From assembly GCA_045658565.1 (NCBI GenBank), contig JAZOVF010000031.1, forward strand, positions 64,222 through 128,221: a DNA stretch of 64,000 nt, given 5' to 3'. Both the position numbers and the translations under genes were made by a program. The DNA is from Eubacteriales bacterium (lineage in GTDB: Bacteria > Bacillota > Clostridia > Oscillospirales > CAG-272). The notes beneath the pieces were generated by a model. It had not been told where the DNA came from. It saw only the letters and a program-made list of their open reading frames with translations, and made no database searches. Shown piece after piece: positions 45,994 through 55,021 of the stretch (within the stretch, counting starts at the first letter, position 1; each line of letters starts with the position of its first letter).

Positions 45994-46737
45994 ATGAAAT
46001 ATTTTGCTAAAATAAAATATCTCGGCACAGACTTTCACGGCTTTCAGGTCCAGCCCGAAAAGCGAACGGTGCAGGGGGAGCTTTGCCGCGCCCTGTCTGA
46101 GGCAACAGGCTATCCTTGTAAGGTAACGGGCTGTAGCCGTACCGATGCGGGAGTTCATGCAAATGAGTTTTGTCTGACGGTTGAGTCTGAGGGGGCTACC
46201 GTTCCTGCAGAAAAGCTTCCGCTTGCAGTTGCGCGCTTTCTGCCTAATGATTTGTCCTTGTTTTACGCAAAAGAGTGCAATGAAGATTTTCACCCCAGAT
46301 ATGATGTTAAGGAAAAAGAATACCTTTACCGTATAATAAACAGGCCTGTTTATGACCCCTTTGAATTTGGGCGCGCTTGGTTTTTGCCTCGTCATATTGG
46401 AGAGGGTCAGATTGCTCTTATGAATCTTGCGGCAGAGAAAATTATAGGAAAAAGGGATTTTTCTGCCTTTATGTCCGAAGGCTCAGACACAGAGGATACT
46501 GTGAGAAATGTAACATATCTTAAGGTGGAAAAGCAGGGTGACCTTATCGAGGTTCGCATCCGTGCCGACGGCTTCCTTTATAACATGGTGCGTATAATCG
46601 TAGGCACTTTAACAGAGGTAGCATACGGCAGATTTACTCCCGAATATGTAAGTGAAATTGTTGAGTCAAAAAACAGACAAAGGGCGGGAATGACAGCACC
46701 TCCCGAGGGACTTTACTTAAATCGCGTATTCTATTAA
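45994..46737 (+). CDS. truA: tRNA pseudouridine(38-40) synthase
   Basis: 247-aa ORF with YLGTDFHGFQVQP and the catalytic motif SRTDAGVHA. Confidence 0.92.
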   Translation: MKYFAKIKYLGTDFHGFQVQPEKRTVQGELCRALSEATGYPCKVTGCSRTDAGVHANEFCLTVESEGATVPAEKLPLAVARFLPNDLSLFYAKECNEDFHPRYDVKEKEYLYRIINRPVYDPFEFGRAWFLPRHIGEGQIALMNLAAEKIIGKRDFSAFMSEGSDTEDTVRNVTYLKVEKQGDLIEVRIRADGFLYNMVRIIVGTLTEVAYGRFTPEYVSEIVESKNRQRAGMTAPPEGLYLNRVFY

Positions 46738-46815
46738 ATTCCGTCTTTGGAAAAAATATTAAAAATATCGAATTCCTCCGTTAGGCAAAATACTCCTGAC
46801 GGAGGTTTTTATTGT

Positions 46816-49188
46816 ATGAAAAGAAAAAAACGAGCCATTTCGGCTCTGGCAATAGTTATTTTATCGGTCGGGGGTCTTTTTCTTTTATGCGTTGGCGGAT
46901 TATATATATATTCAAGATTTGCAATAGATTTTGACGGTGATGTTGAGCTTTTCTCCCATTCTGCGGTCTTTGAGTCAACGGCATTTTTTGCAGACAGCGA
47001 TAAATCAGACGTTGAATACACCCCGGTGCAACTTGAAATTTCAGGCTCACTTAAGAAAATACACTATACGCTTGATGAAATAAGCCCTTATCTCAAATGG
47101 GGATTTATTGCAGTAGAGGATAGAAAATTCTATGACCACAGAGGTATTGATTATAAGCGTACTGCCGCTGCTATGGTAAACTATGTTTTTAGGGGAGAAC
47201 GTCGCTTCGGAGGCTCAACTATAACCCAGCAGGTGGTAAAAAACATAAGCGGAGACAATGATAAAAAGCTTACAAGAAAATTAAACGAGCTGATAAGAGC
47301 CATTCACATCGAGCAAAATTATTCCAAAAACGAAATTTTTGAGGTGTATCTTAATGTTATACCAATGGGAAATAATATGTACGGTGTGGGTATTGCCTCC
47401 GGAGCCTATTTTGGTAAAGAGCCATCAGAGCTTACCGCCGCCGAGGCAGCAACACTTATAGGTATTACAAATGCTCCCACCCTTTATAGCCCATATCTTA
47501 ATCCGGATAAATGCAAGACAAAAAGAAATACAATCCTTTCTGTAATGTATAGAGAAGGAGTTATCACAGAGCAAGAATATAAAGACGCCCTCTCAGAGGA
47601 TATTAAAGTTCTTCCGAGGGGCGAGGGGAGTGATATTTACGATTCTTGGTTTGTTGAAACTGTAATTGCCGAGGCGGCAGAGGACCTAGCCGAAAAGAAG
47701 AATATCTCAATTTCTGCTGCCGAGCACCTGCTTCTTGGCGGTGGGTACAAGGTTTATACAACTATGGATGTAAAGGTACAGAAAGCTCTGGAGAATTATT
47801 TTGAAAATAAGGAAAATTTTCCGTTGGAAATAAATGAGGGGTTAGGCTATTCTATGGTAATAACAAATACGGCAGACGGCAGCCTTGCGGGAATAGCCGG
47901 AGGCGTGGGAGAAAAGCGGGCAAACCGAATTTTAAACAACGCCCTTGTTCCACATACTCCCGGCTCGGTATTAAAGCCCCTAGCTCTTTATGCGCCCCTT
48001 GTCGACGAGGGTAAAATTAACTGGGCAACGGTTTTTGATGACGTGCCGACAAGTTTTACCGAAACCGATGAGGGCTACAAGGCATATCCAAGGAATTCCC
48101 CAAATGTTTATAGCGGTCTCATAACGGTAAAAGATGCCCTAAGGCTCTCTAAAAACACCGTTGCCGTAAGACTTTGCGAGATGCGGGGCACATCTGTGGT
48201 ATTCGATGACTTAAAAAATAAATTCGGCTTTGATACTCTGGTTGAAAAAGAGAGAACAAACGACGGCAGAACCCTAACCGACCTTGCGGTGTCGCCTCTC
48301 GCTTTGGGTCAGTTAACCTACGGTGTTCCGCTTTCAAAGCTCACCGAGGCATACAGTACACTCTCGTGCGGGGGAGTGCATAAAAAAATGCGCTCTTATC
48401 TTTATATAATCGACCACGAGGGAAAAACAGTTCTTGAAAATACCCCTGAGGAAAAGCGAATATTTAAGGCAGAAACTGCCGAAATAGTAACAAAAATGCT
48501 TGAAGAGGTAGTAAAGGCGGGCACAGCAAAAAGCATAAAGTTAAATACCCTTGTCCCCACTGCGGGAAAGACAGGCACCTCGGGGGGCGGCAGAGATAAA
48601 ATGTTCTTAGGATACACCCCTTATTACACCGCAGGTATATGGTGCGGCTTCGAGTCGGGCGGGGGAAGCGTTGACGGACTTGCTCCCTCTCATATTAAAA
48701 TCTGGGACGATATTATGTCTGAAATTCATGAGGAATATAAGGACACCGAGACAGAATTTAATATCTCGGGGCTGATACAACGGCCATACTGCATGGATTC
48801 AGGCGCGCTGTATTCGGAAAACTGTCTCCTAGATGTCAGAGGCTCAAGACTTGAATACGGATATTTCACTCCCGACAATGCCCCTGACAGAGTATGTAAA
48901 ACTCATGTTGTATGCTATTTTGACTCGGCAGAAAAGGGAATTGCAAGAAATGAGTGTCCCGATGAAAATCTTGTTAAAATCTCGCTTCTTGATATTCCAG
49001 ACAGGGCTTTTCCCACCGAGGTTTATATAACAGATGCAGAATACGTGTACAGGCATGTAAACACAGAAACCGAGTATCCAGAATTAGACACACTCCCATA
49101 CTTTTATTATGCATTACCACCCGGGGAGTATGCAGGAGTCAGCGGTGAGCGCAGGCAGTTTAACTGCGTCTGTCAGAAACACAGGTAA
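46816..49188 (+). CDS. class A penicillin-binding protein (glycosyltransferase + transpeptidase)
   Basis: ORF 46747 has a TTG start, so it is trimmed to ATG46816 (GGAGG SD). GT51 motifs EDRKFYDHRGID and GGSTITQQ. Transpeptidase motifs SVLKP, SKN and KTGT. Confidence 0.9.
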   Translation: MKRKKRAISALAIVILSVGGLFLLCVGGLYIYSRFAIDFDGDVELFSHSAVFESTAFFADSDKSDVEYTPVQLEISGSLKKIHYTLDEISPYLKWGFIAVEDRKFYDHRGIDYKRTAAAMVNYVFRGERRFGGSTITQQVVKNISGDNDKKLTRKLNELIRAIHIEQNYSKNEIFEVYLNVIPMGNNMYGVGIASGAYFGKEPSELTAAEAATLIGITNAPTLYSPYLNPDKCKTKRNTILSVMYREGVITEQEYKDALSEDIKVLPRGEGSDIYDSWFVETVIAEAAEDLAEKKNISISAAEHLLLGGGYKVYTTMDVKVQKALENYFENKENFPLEINEGLGYSMVITNTADGSLAGIAGGVGEKRANRILNNALVPHTPGSVLKPLALYAPLVDEGKINWATVFDDVPTSFTETDEGYKAYPRNSPNVYSGLITVKDALRLSKNTVAVRLCEMRGTSVVFDDLKNKFGFDTLVEKERTNDGRTLTDLAVSPLALGQLTYGVPLSKLTEAYSTLSCGGVHKKMRSYLYIIDHEGKTVLENTPEEKRIFKAETAEIVTKMLEEVVKAGTAKSIKLNTLVPTAGKTGTSGGGRDKMFLGYTPYYTAGIWCGFESGGGSVDGLAPSHIKIWDDIMSEIHEEYKDTETEFNISGLIQRPYCMDSGALYSENCLLDVRGSRLEYGYFTPDNAPDRVCKTHVVCYFDSAEKGIARNECPDENLVKISLLDIPDRAFPTEVYITDAEYVYRHVNTETEYPELDTLPYFYYALPPGEYAGVSGERRQFNCVCQKHR

Positions 49189-49240
49189 ATGACTTTACTT
49201 TTTCACCCTTTTGTGTTAAAATATCTAAAGAGGTGAAAAC

Positions 49241-49750
49241 ATGGAATACAAGGTAATATATTCGGACAGGAAAACACTTTCCTTGTCGGTAAAGGATGCA
49301 AATCTTATAGTAAGAGCGCCAAGGAGAACTCCCGAAGCAAAAATAAAAGAGGCAATCCTCTCCCATAGGGATTGGATAGAAAAGCATATAAGTACCCAGC
49401 TTGAAAGAGCACAAAATCACCCCGAGCCAAAGGAAAGCGAAATTCCTGCTTTAAGAGAAAGGGCAAGAGCGCTCCTTTCTGCAAAAACAAAATACTACGC
49501 CGAAATTATGGGGCTGAAATACGGCAGAATTACAATCACGGGAGCAAAAACACGCTTTGGCGCCTGCTCATCAAAGGGTAATATTTCCTATTCTTACCGT
49601 CTTTTTGACTATCCCGAGGAGGCTGTTGACTATGTTGTGGTCCACGAGCTTTCGCATCTTGTGGAGATGAATCACTCCGAGAGGTTTTATAAGATAGTTG
49701 AGTCTGTTCTTCCCGACTATAAAGAGAGACGAAAATTACTCAAAAAATAA
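49241..49750 (+). CDS. M48/YgjP-like (DUF45) zinc metallopeptidase
   Basis: 169-aa ORF with the HExxH motif in VVHELSHLVEMNHS. Confidence 0.75.
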   Translation: MEYKVIYSDRKTLSLSVKDANLIVRAPRRTPEAKIKEAILSHRDWIEKHISTQLERAQNHPEPKESEIPALRERARALLSAKTKYYAEIMGLKYGRITITGAKTRFGACSSKGNISYSYRLFDYPEEAVDYVVVHELSHLVEMNHSERFYKIVESVLPDYKERRKLLKK

Positions 49751-49755
49751 CGAAA

Positions 49756-49791
49756 CAGCGCTTGTTCGATATAAGAACAGGCGCTGATTTT
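49756..49791 (+). terminator. rho-independent terminator
   Basis: 12-bp stem cagcgcttgttc/gaacaggcgctg (one G-U pair) followed by ATTTT. Confidence 0.6.
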
Positions 49792-49920
49792 ACACACAAC
49801 CTCTAGTATTTTCAAGGGGTTTCGGCTTTTTTGGTATGCAAAATTGTCCCATAAATGCGCCCCAGTGTAGTATAGTATAGTCTAGTATAGTATAGGTAAT
49901 GTAAGTGTAGTACAAAAAAA

Positions 49921-50388
49921 TTAACAAACAGAAAACTCAACAACAGAGTTAATGAGATTTTCTTTTTTATATTCTAACTTTAAAGAGAAAAATTTTTCCT
50001 CTCGCTCAAGTAAATCAAAGAATATTTTGTCACCCTCCCAGATAGAAAGAGAAGGGATTTTTTCTTTTTCAACCCACTCAAGCACACCCTCGTCACAGCC
50101 AAAGTCAATCTCGCCCTCATAGCTGTCGGCAGTAAAGAGGTGCATATATTCTGTGCCGTACTCGTCGGAAACAAAGGTGACAATGCCTCGGTACTTAAGA
50201 TTTTTCGGCTTTATTCCGCACTCCTCGTATATTTCACGTCTTGCACAGTCAAAGGGAGACTCTCCCGCTTCAAATTTTCCGCCAACTCCTATCCACTTGT
50301 CATGGTTTTCGTCATTTTTCTTTTTTATACGGTGTATCATAAGATATGCACCGTCTTTTTCTATATAGCAAAGGCTTGTGTTTTTCAT
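49921..50388 (-). CDS. NUDIX hydrolase (MutT/8-oxo-dGTPase-like)
   Basis: 155-aa ORF with the Nudix box GGKFEAGESPFDCARREIYEECG. Confidence 0.85.
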   Translation of the reverse strand: MKNTSLCYIEKDGAYLMIHRIKKKNDENHDKWIGVGGKFEAGESPFDCARREIYEECGIKPKNLKYRGIVTFVSDEYGTEYMHLFTADSYEGEIDFGCDEGVLEWVEKEKIPSLSIWEGDKIFFDLLEREEKFFSLKLEYKKENLINSVVEFSVC

Positions 50389-50489
50389 CTTTCACCTCAA
50401 ACAGATTACTACAATATATTTTATCACTATATGATAAATTTTGCAAGAAAAATATTTATGTATAAAATGTAAAATGCAAGGAAGCTCTA

Positions 50490-50517
50490 TTGACTTTTCG
50501 GTTGCTTTATGTATAAT
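50490..50517 (+). promoter_or_regulatory. promoter TTGACT-16nt-TGTATAAT, followed by an AT-rich palindromic region
   Basis: The -35 box is at 50490-50495 and the extended -10 box at 50510-50517. Downstream, TTAATTATTAACTTGTTAATGAA could be the MarR operator. Confidence 0.55.
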
Positions 50518-50560
50518 AATTAAGTGGTTAATTATTAACTTGTTAATGAAAGGAGAATAT

Positions 50561-51001
50561 ATGTCAGGAACAAAGCTTATGCGGGCTATCGAAATGATGA
50601 TAAAAACCGACAAAATGCATAGGTTTATGATTGACTCGCGGGTTCGTGAAATCGGAATACACCGAACTCAGCACAGAATTTTAATGCATCTAGCAAGAGA
50701 CGGTATGCTCCCTTCGCAAAAGGAGCTGGCTGACAGGCTTGATATAACTCCCGCAGCGGTTACGGGTGCTTTAAAGAAGATTGAACAGGATGGCTACATA
50801 AAGCGTACTTTGGGTCACGACACAAGATTTAATGAGATTAAAATAACCGAAAAGGGAAGAACTCTTGTTGAGCTTACGAAAGAGACCTTCTCTAAGGCTG
50901 ATGCCTCTATGTTTGATGGCTTTAGTGATGAGGAGCTTGACACCTATATATCCTGTCTTGAAAGACTCCAAGAAAATATAAAAAAGCACACCAGCTCCTA
51001 G
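50561..51001 (+). CDS. MarR-family transcriptional regulator
   Basis: ORF trimmed to ATG50561 (AAAGGAG SD). The winged-helix region reads IHRTQHRILMHLARDGMLPSQKELADRLDITPAAVTGALKKIEQDGYI. Confidence 0.85.
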   Translation: MSGTKLMRAIEMMIKTDKMHRFMIDSRVREIGIHRTQHRILMHLARDGMLPSQKELADRLDITPAAVTGALKKIEQDGYIKRTLGHDTRFNEIKITEKGRTLVELTKETFSKADASMFDGFSDEELDTYISCLERLQENIKKHTSS

Positions 51002-51014
51002 AAAGGAAAACAAT

Positions 51015-52748
51015 ATGAAAAGATGGATGAAATATGTAAAGCCCTACCTTAAATCCTTTATACTGGGTCCGCTCGGTATGATTGTTGAGGTTGTAGGCGA
51101 AATGTTTATGCCCCTTGTTCTGGCTATGATAATAAATGATGGCTATAACGGTACACTTACCGTGGCCTCAAGCATAGGGTATGCGGGTCTGCTTGCAGTT
51201 ATAGTTCTGTTTATGATGACAGGCGGTGTTGCCGGAGCGTACTACGGTGCAAAGGCGTCGGTAAACTTTGCCGCAGACCTAAGGCGGGATGTTTATACCA
51301 AAATACAGAAATTCTCCTTTGCAAATATTGATAAGTTTTCGGCAAGCTCTTTAGTTACCAGAATGACAAATGACGTAACCCAGCTTCAGAATTTTGTTAA
51401 TATGCTTCTCCGTATGGCTTTACGTTCACCCGGTATGTTTATCGGCGGTATAGTAATGGCTGTAAGCTTAAGACCCTCGCTTTCTGTTGTCTTGGCTATA
51501 ACAATGCCCCTTATGCTTATTGTAATATTTATGCTTATAAGGCTTGGATTCCCAAGGTTTGAGAGACTTCAGAAAAAGGTAGATAAACTTAACTCCACCG
51601 TCAGAGAAAATGTTACAAATGTAAGAGTTGTTAAGTCCTTTGTACGTGAGGACTACGAGATAGAAAAGTTTGAAGCCGATAACTCGGCTCTTAAAAAGTC
51701 GGGTATGGATGCCGTAAAGATAATGATATATATGGGTCCTGTTATGAACCTGTTTATGTATGCTACGGTAATTGCCATAATCTGGCTTGGCCACAAAGAG
51801 GTGCTTGACTTCGGTATGCCTGTTGGCGACCTTTCTGCCTTTGTCACCTACACAACCCAGATTCTTTCCTCTCTTATGATGGTTACAATGCTTCTTATGG
51901 TAACCTCACGCGCTATGGCATCGGCAAAGCGTATTTGCGAGGTCCTTGACGAAACACCCGACATCAGAGATACCGAAAAAATGATTTCTGACGCAGAGGT
52001 AAAAGAGGGCAGAGTAGAGTTCCGTGACGTTTCCTACCGTTATTACAAGAACAGCGAGGAAGCCGTGCTTGAAAAAATCAATCTCACAATTCCCGCAGGT
52101 GCAACGGTTGGTATAATAGGCTCAACAGGCTGTGGAAAAACAACTCTTGTTTCTATGATACCCCGACTTTATGACGTTGACGAGGGTGAGGTGCTTATTG
52201 ACGGAATAAATGTTAAGGACTATCCTCTGGTAAATCTTCGTGACGGTATAGGTATGGTGCTTCAAAAAAATCTGCTCTTTGCAGGTAGTATTGCAGATAA
52301 CCTTAAGTGGGGCGATATGGAAGCCTCGAATGAAGAAATCAAGAAAATGGCTACTTATGCTGCGGCAGACAAGTTTGTATCCACATTTAAGGATGGATAT
52401 AATACCGAGCTTGATAAGGGCGGAAGCAACCTTTCGGGCGGTCAAAAGCAGAGACTTTGTATTGCGAGAGCATTACTTAAAAAGCCGAAAATTCTTATCC
52501 TCGACGACTCAACAAGCGCAGTTGATACTGCAACCGAGGCTCAAATTAGAGAGGCTTTCAGAAACGAGATTCCCGATTGTACAAAAATAATTATCGCTCA
52601 GCGCATAAGCTCTGTTAAGGACTCGGATATTATAGTTGTTATGAACGACGGTAAGATAACCGGTGTCGGTACTCACGAAGAGCTTCTTGAAAATAACGCT
52701 GAGTATAGCGAAATATTCTATTCTCAAATGGATAAAAAGGAGGCGTAA
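51015..52748 (+). CDS. ABC exporter, fused permease/ATPase (heterodimer subunit 1)
   Basis: 577-aa ORF with a 6-TM domain, then GSTGCGKTT, LSGGQKQRLCIARAL and ILILDDSTS. Confidence 0.9.
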   Translation: MKRWMKYVKPYLKSFILGPLGMIVEVVGEMFMPLVLAMIINDGYNGTLTVASSIGYAGLLAVIVLFMMTGGVAGAYYGAKASVNFAADLRRDVYTKIQKFSFANIDKFSASSLVTRMTNDVTQLQNFVNMLLRMALRSPGMFIGGIVMAVSLRPSLSVVLAITMPLMLIVIFMLIRLGFPRFERLQKKVDKLNSTVRENVTNVRVVKSFVREDYEIEKFEADNSALKKSGMDAVKIMIYMGPVMNLFMYATVIAIIWLGHKEVLDFGMPVGDLSAFVTYTTQILSSLMMVTMLLMVTSRAMASAKRICEVLDETPDIRDTEKMISDAEVKEGRVEFRDVSYRYYKNSEEAVLEKINLTIPAGATVGIIGSTGCGKTTLVSMIPRLYDVDEGEVLIDGINVKDYPLVNLRDGIGMVLQKNLLFAGSIADNLKWGDMEASNEEIKKMATYAAADKFVSTFKDGYNTELDKGGSNLSGGQKQRLCIARALLKKPKILILDDSTSAVDTATEAQIREAFRNEIPDCTKIIIAQRISSVKDSDIIVVMNDGKITGVGTHEELLENNAEYSEIFYSQMDKKEA

Positions 52749-52751
52749 GTT

Positions 52752-54710
52752 ATGGCAAGATCACTCGAAGAGCTTAAAAAGCAATATAACAGCGTCTCCC
52801 ACGGTCAATCCCTAAGAGGCGGTGGTCCCGGCAGAGGTCCCGGTCCGAGAGCTAAGGGTAAGCCAAAGGATATAGGTAAAACTATCGCAAGGCTTCTCTC
52901 CTATGTAGGAAAATATAAATTAAGACTTGTTTTTGTCTTTCTCTGTATGATTCTTACAACCCTCTCCTCGCTTGCAGGCGGCTATTTAATTGTCCCTATG
53001 ATAAACAGGATAACCGTAGCGGTGAGTCCCGATGCAGAGCTTAATCCAAGCCCCCTTGCGGATTTTGCTGACGGAATAATTGAAGCCTTTGTTTCAACTC
53101 CTCTCCTAAAGAGCCTCACATCAAATGTTGTGGGTGCGGTAAGTGTTTATGCCGTTGGCGCGCTGATTATCTTAGGTACTGTGTATCTTATTTCTGCCTT
53201 TGGCAGCTATCTGCAGGCGAGAATTATGCTCTCCATCTCCCAAGGCTCTATTCAGGCAATAAGAGATGACCTGTTTAAAAAGCTGCAGGCTCTGCCTGTC
53301 AGATATTTCGACTCTCATCCCACAGGCGAGATAATGAGCCGCTTTACAAACGATGTTGATAATATCGATGTAATGCTTAACAACTCCTTAACATCAATAG
53401 TCAGCGGCGGTGTAAGTCTTATTGGTACATTTGTCTTTATGCTTACAACGAATGTTTATCTTACGATAATAACCGTTGTATTTGTTCCGCTTCTTGTTTA
53501 TGCCGTTGGAATCATAGGTAAAAATTCTTCTAAGTATTACGGTGAACAGCAGGCGGCTCTCGGTGCTGTAAACGGCTATATTGAGGAAACCATAAGCGGA
53601 CAAAAGGTTATTAAGGTCTTTAACCACGAGGACGAGTGCGTTGAAGAAATGGGCATCATTAACGAGGACCTGCGCTCCAAGCAGGAAAAAGCCCAGTTCT
53701 GGGGCGGTGTAACAGGCCCGATAATGCACAACATCAGCCTTATCTCCTATGCCGTAACTCTCGGTGTCGGCGGTATTCTTATAGTTCTTACAGGCTTTAC
53801 ACCCGGTGAGCTTACCGCTTTTGCCAATTATTCAAAGCAGTTCTCAATGCCGATAAACCAGCTCTCAATGCAGGTGTCAACTCTCTTTGCTGCCCTTGCG
53901 GGTGCTGAGCGTGTGTTTAAGGTTATGGATGAGACTCCCGAGGAGCCTGACATAGAGAATGCATCCACCGAGCCTATCAAGGGTCATGTTATTTTCGAGA
54001 ACGTAACCTTTGGCTACAACCCCGATAAGGTGGTATTAAAGAACATCTCCCTTTATGCAAAGCCGGGGCAAAAGATTGCCTTTGTTGGCTCAACAGGTGC
54101 GGGTAAAACCACAGTAACCAACCTCTTAAATCGCTTTTATGATATTGCCGAGGGAACAATAACCATAGACGGCAGACCCATAAAGGAGTATAGCAGGGAA
54201 TTCTTACGTAAGAATATTGCAATGGTGCTCCAGGATACCCACCTCTTTACAGGTACGGTTATGGAGAATATCCGCTACGGCAGACTTGACGCAACCGACG
54301 AAGAAGTAATAGCCGCCGCAAAGACCGCCAGCGCACATAGCTTTATTATGCGTCTTGAAAACGGCTACGATACCGTTCTCGAGGGCGACGGAGCAAACCT
54401 CTCTCAGGGACAGCGACAGCTTCTTAACATTGCAAGAGCCGCTCTTTCAAAAGCTCCAATCCTTGTCCTTGACGAAGCAACCAGCTCTGTCGATACCCGT
54501 ACCGAAAGACACATCGAGCACGGTATGGATAGACTTATGAAGGACCGCACAACCTTCGTCATAGCCCACCGCCTTTCCACAGTCCGTAATTCCAATGCAA
54601 TTATGGTACTGGAGCAGGGCGAAATTATCGAGCGCGGCGACCACGACGACCTTCTCAAGCTCCAAGGCAGATACTACGAGCTTTACACAGGAAAGAAGGA
54701 GCTAGACTAA
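52752..54710 (+). CDS. ABC exporter, fused permease/ATPase (heterodimer subunit 2)
   Basis: 652-aa ORF with a Gly/Pro/Arg-rich N-terminus and a TM domain, then GSTGAGKTT, LSQGQRQLLNIARA and ILVLDEATS. Confidence 0.9.
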   Translation: MARSLEELKKQYNSVSHGQSLRGGGPGRGPGPRAKGKPKDIGKTIARLLSYVGKYKLRLVFVFLCMILTTLSSLAGGYLIVPMINRITVAVSPDAELNPSPLADFADGIIEAFVSTPLLKSLTSNVVGAVSVYAVGALIILGTVYLISAFGSYLQARIMLSISQGSIQAIRDDLFKKLQALPVRYFDSHPTGEIMSRFTNDVDNIDVMLNNSLTSIVSGGVSLIGTFVFMLTTNVYLTIITVVFVPLLVYAVGIIGKNSSKYYGEQQAALGAVNGYIEETISGQKVIKVFNHEDECVEEMGIINEDLRSKQEKAQFWGGVTGPIMHNISLISYAVTLGVGGILIVLTGFTPGELTAFANYSKQFSMPINQLSMQVSTLFAALAGAERVFKVMDETPEEPDIENASTEPIKGHVIFENVTFGYNPDKVVLKNISLYAKPGQKIAFVGSTGAGKTTVTNLLNRFYDIAEGTITIDGRPIKEYSREFLRKNIAMVLQDTHLFTGTVMENIRYGRLDATDEEVIAAAKTASAHSFIMRLENGYDTVLEGDGANLSQGQRQLLNIARAALSKAPILVLDEATSSVDTRTERHIEHGMDRLMKDRTTFVIAHRLSTVRNSNAIMVLEQGEIIERGDHDDLLKLQGRYYELYTGKKELD

Positions 54711-54720
54711 GCCTACTCTA

Positions 54721-54768
54721 AGGCTTCCCCTCGGAGGGGAAGCTCTGCGAAGCGGCGATGAGATTTCG
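54721..54768 (+). repeat. unit U10 of the hairpin + GATGAG-box family
   Basis: aggCTTCCCCTCggGAGGGGAAGctCTGCgaaGCGGc-GATGAGATTTCG, starting 11 nt after the ABC gene stop. Confidence 0.7.
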
Positions 54769-54849
54769 TTATTTCAAAGTTTAATCACTAACTCACAAAA
54801 GATATCCGAGCTACCCCCTAGGTTATCTTTTTATTCTGCCAACAACAAA

Positions 54850-54918
54850 AAGGCGAGCCATTTGATATACACTCCAAAAGTGTTTAACTTTTGGGGTGCA
54901 TATCAGTGGACTCGCCTT
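54850..54918. repeat. long imperfect hairpin (31-nt arms)
   Basis: aaggcgagccatttgatatacactccaaaag / cttttggggtgcatatcagtggactcgcctt: about 24 of 31 positions pair, with a 7-nt loop. Confidence 0.6.
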
Positions 54919-54964
54919 AATAATTATTCTTTCTATAAAGTTTTTGCCGAGCTTTTTTCAAAAA

Positions 54965-55021
54965 GCGGCAATCCCTCCGACTTGCTCCGCAAGCCACCTC
55001 CCTTTACACAAAGGAGGCTGG
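54965..55021 (-). repeat. unit U11 (variant B, minus orientation)
   Basis: The minus strand reads ccagCCTCCtttgtgtaaagGGAGGtg-GCTTGCggaGCAAGT-cGGAGGGATTGCcgc, starting directly after the gltX stop codon. Confidence 0.75.

Noticed and set aside
49866-49912. A CRISPR array or other long tandem array anywhere in the window.
   Set aside because: Only this 13-mer doublet and the dispersed hairpin/box elements were found. There are no regularly spaced 25-40 bp repeats with unique spacers and no cas genes.
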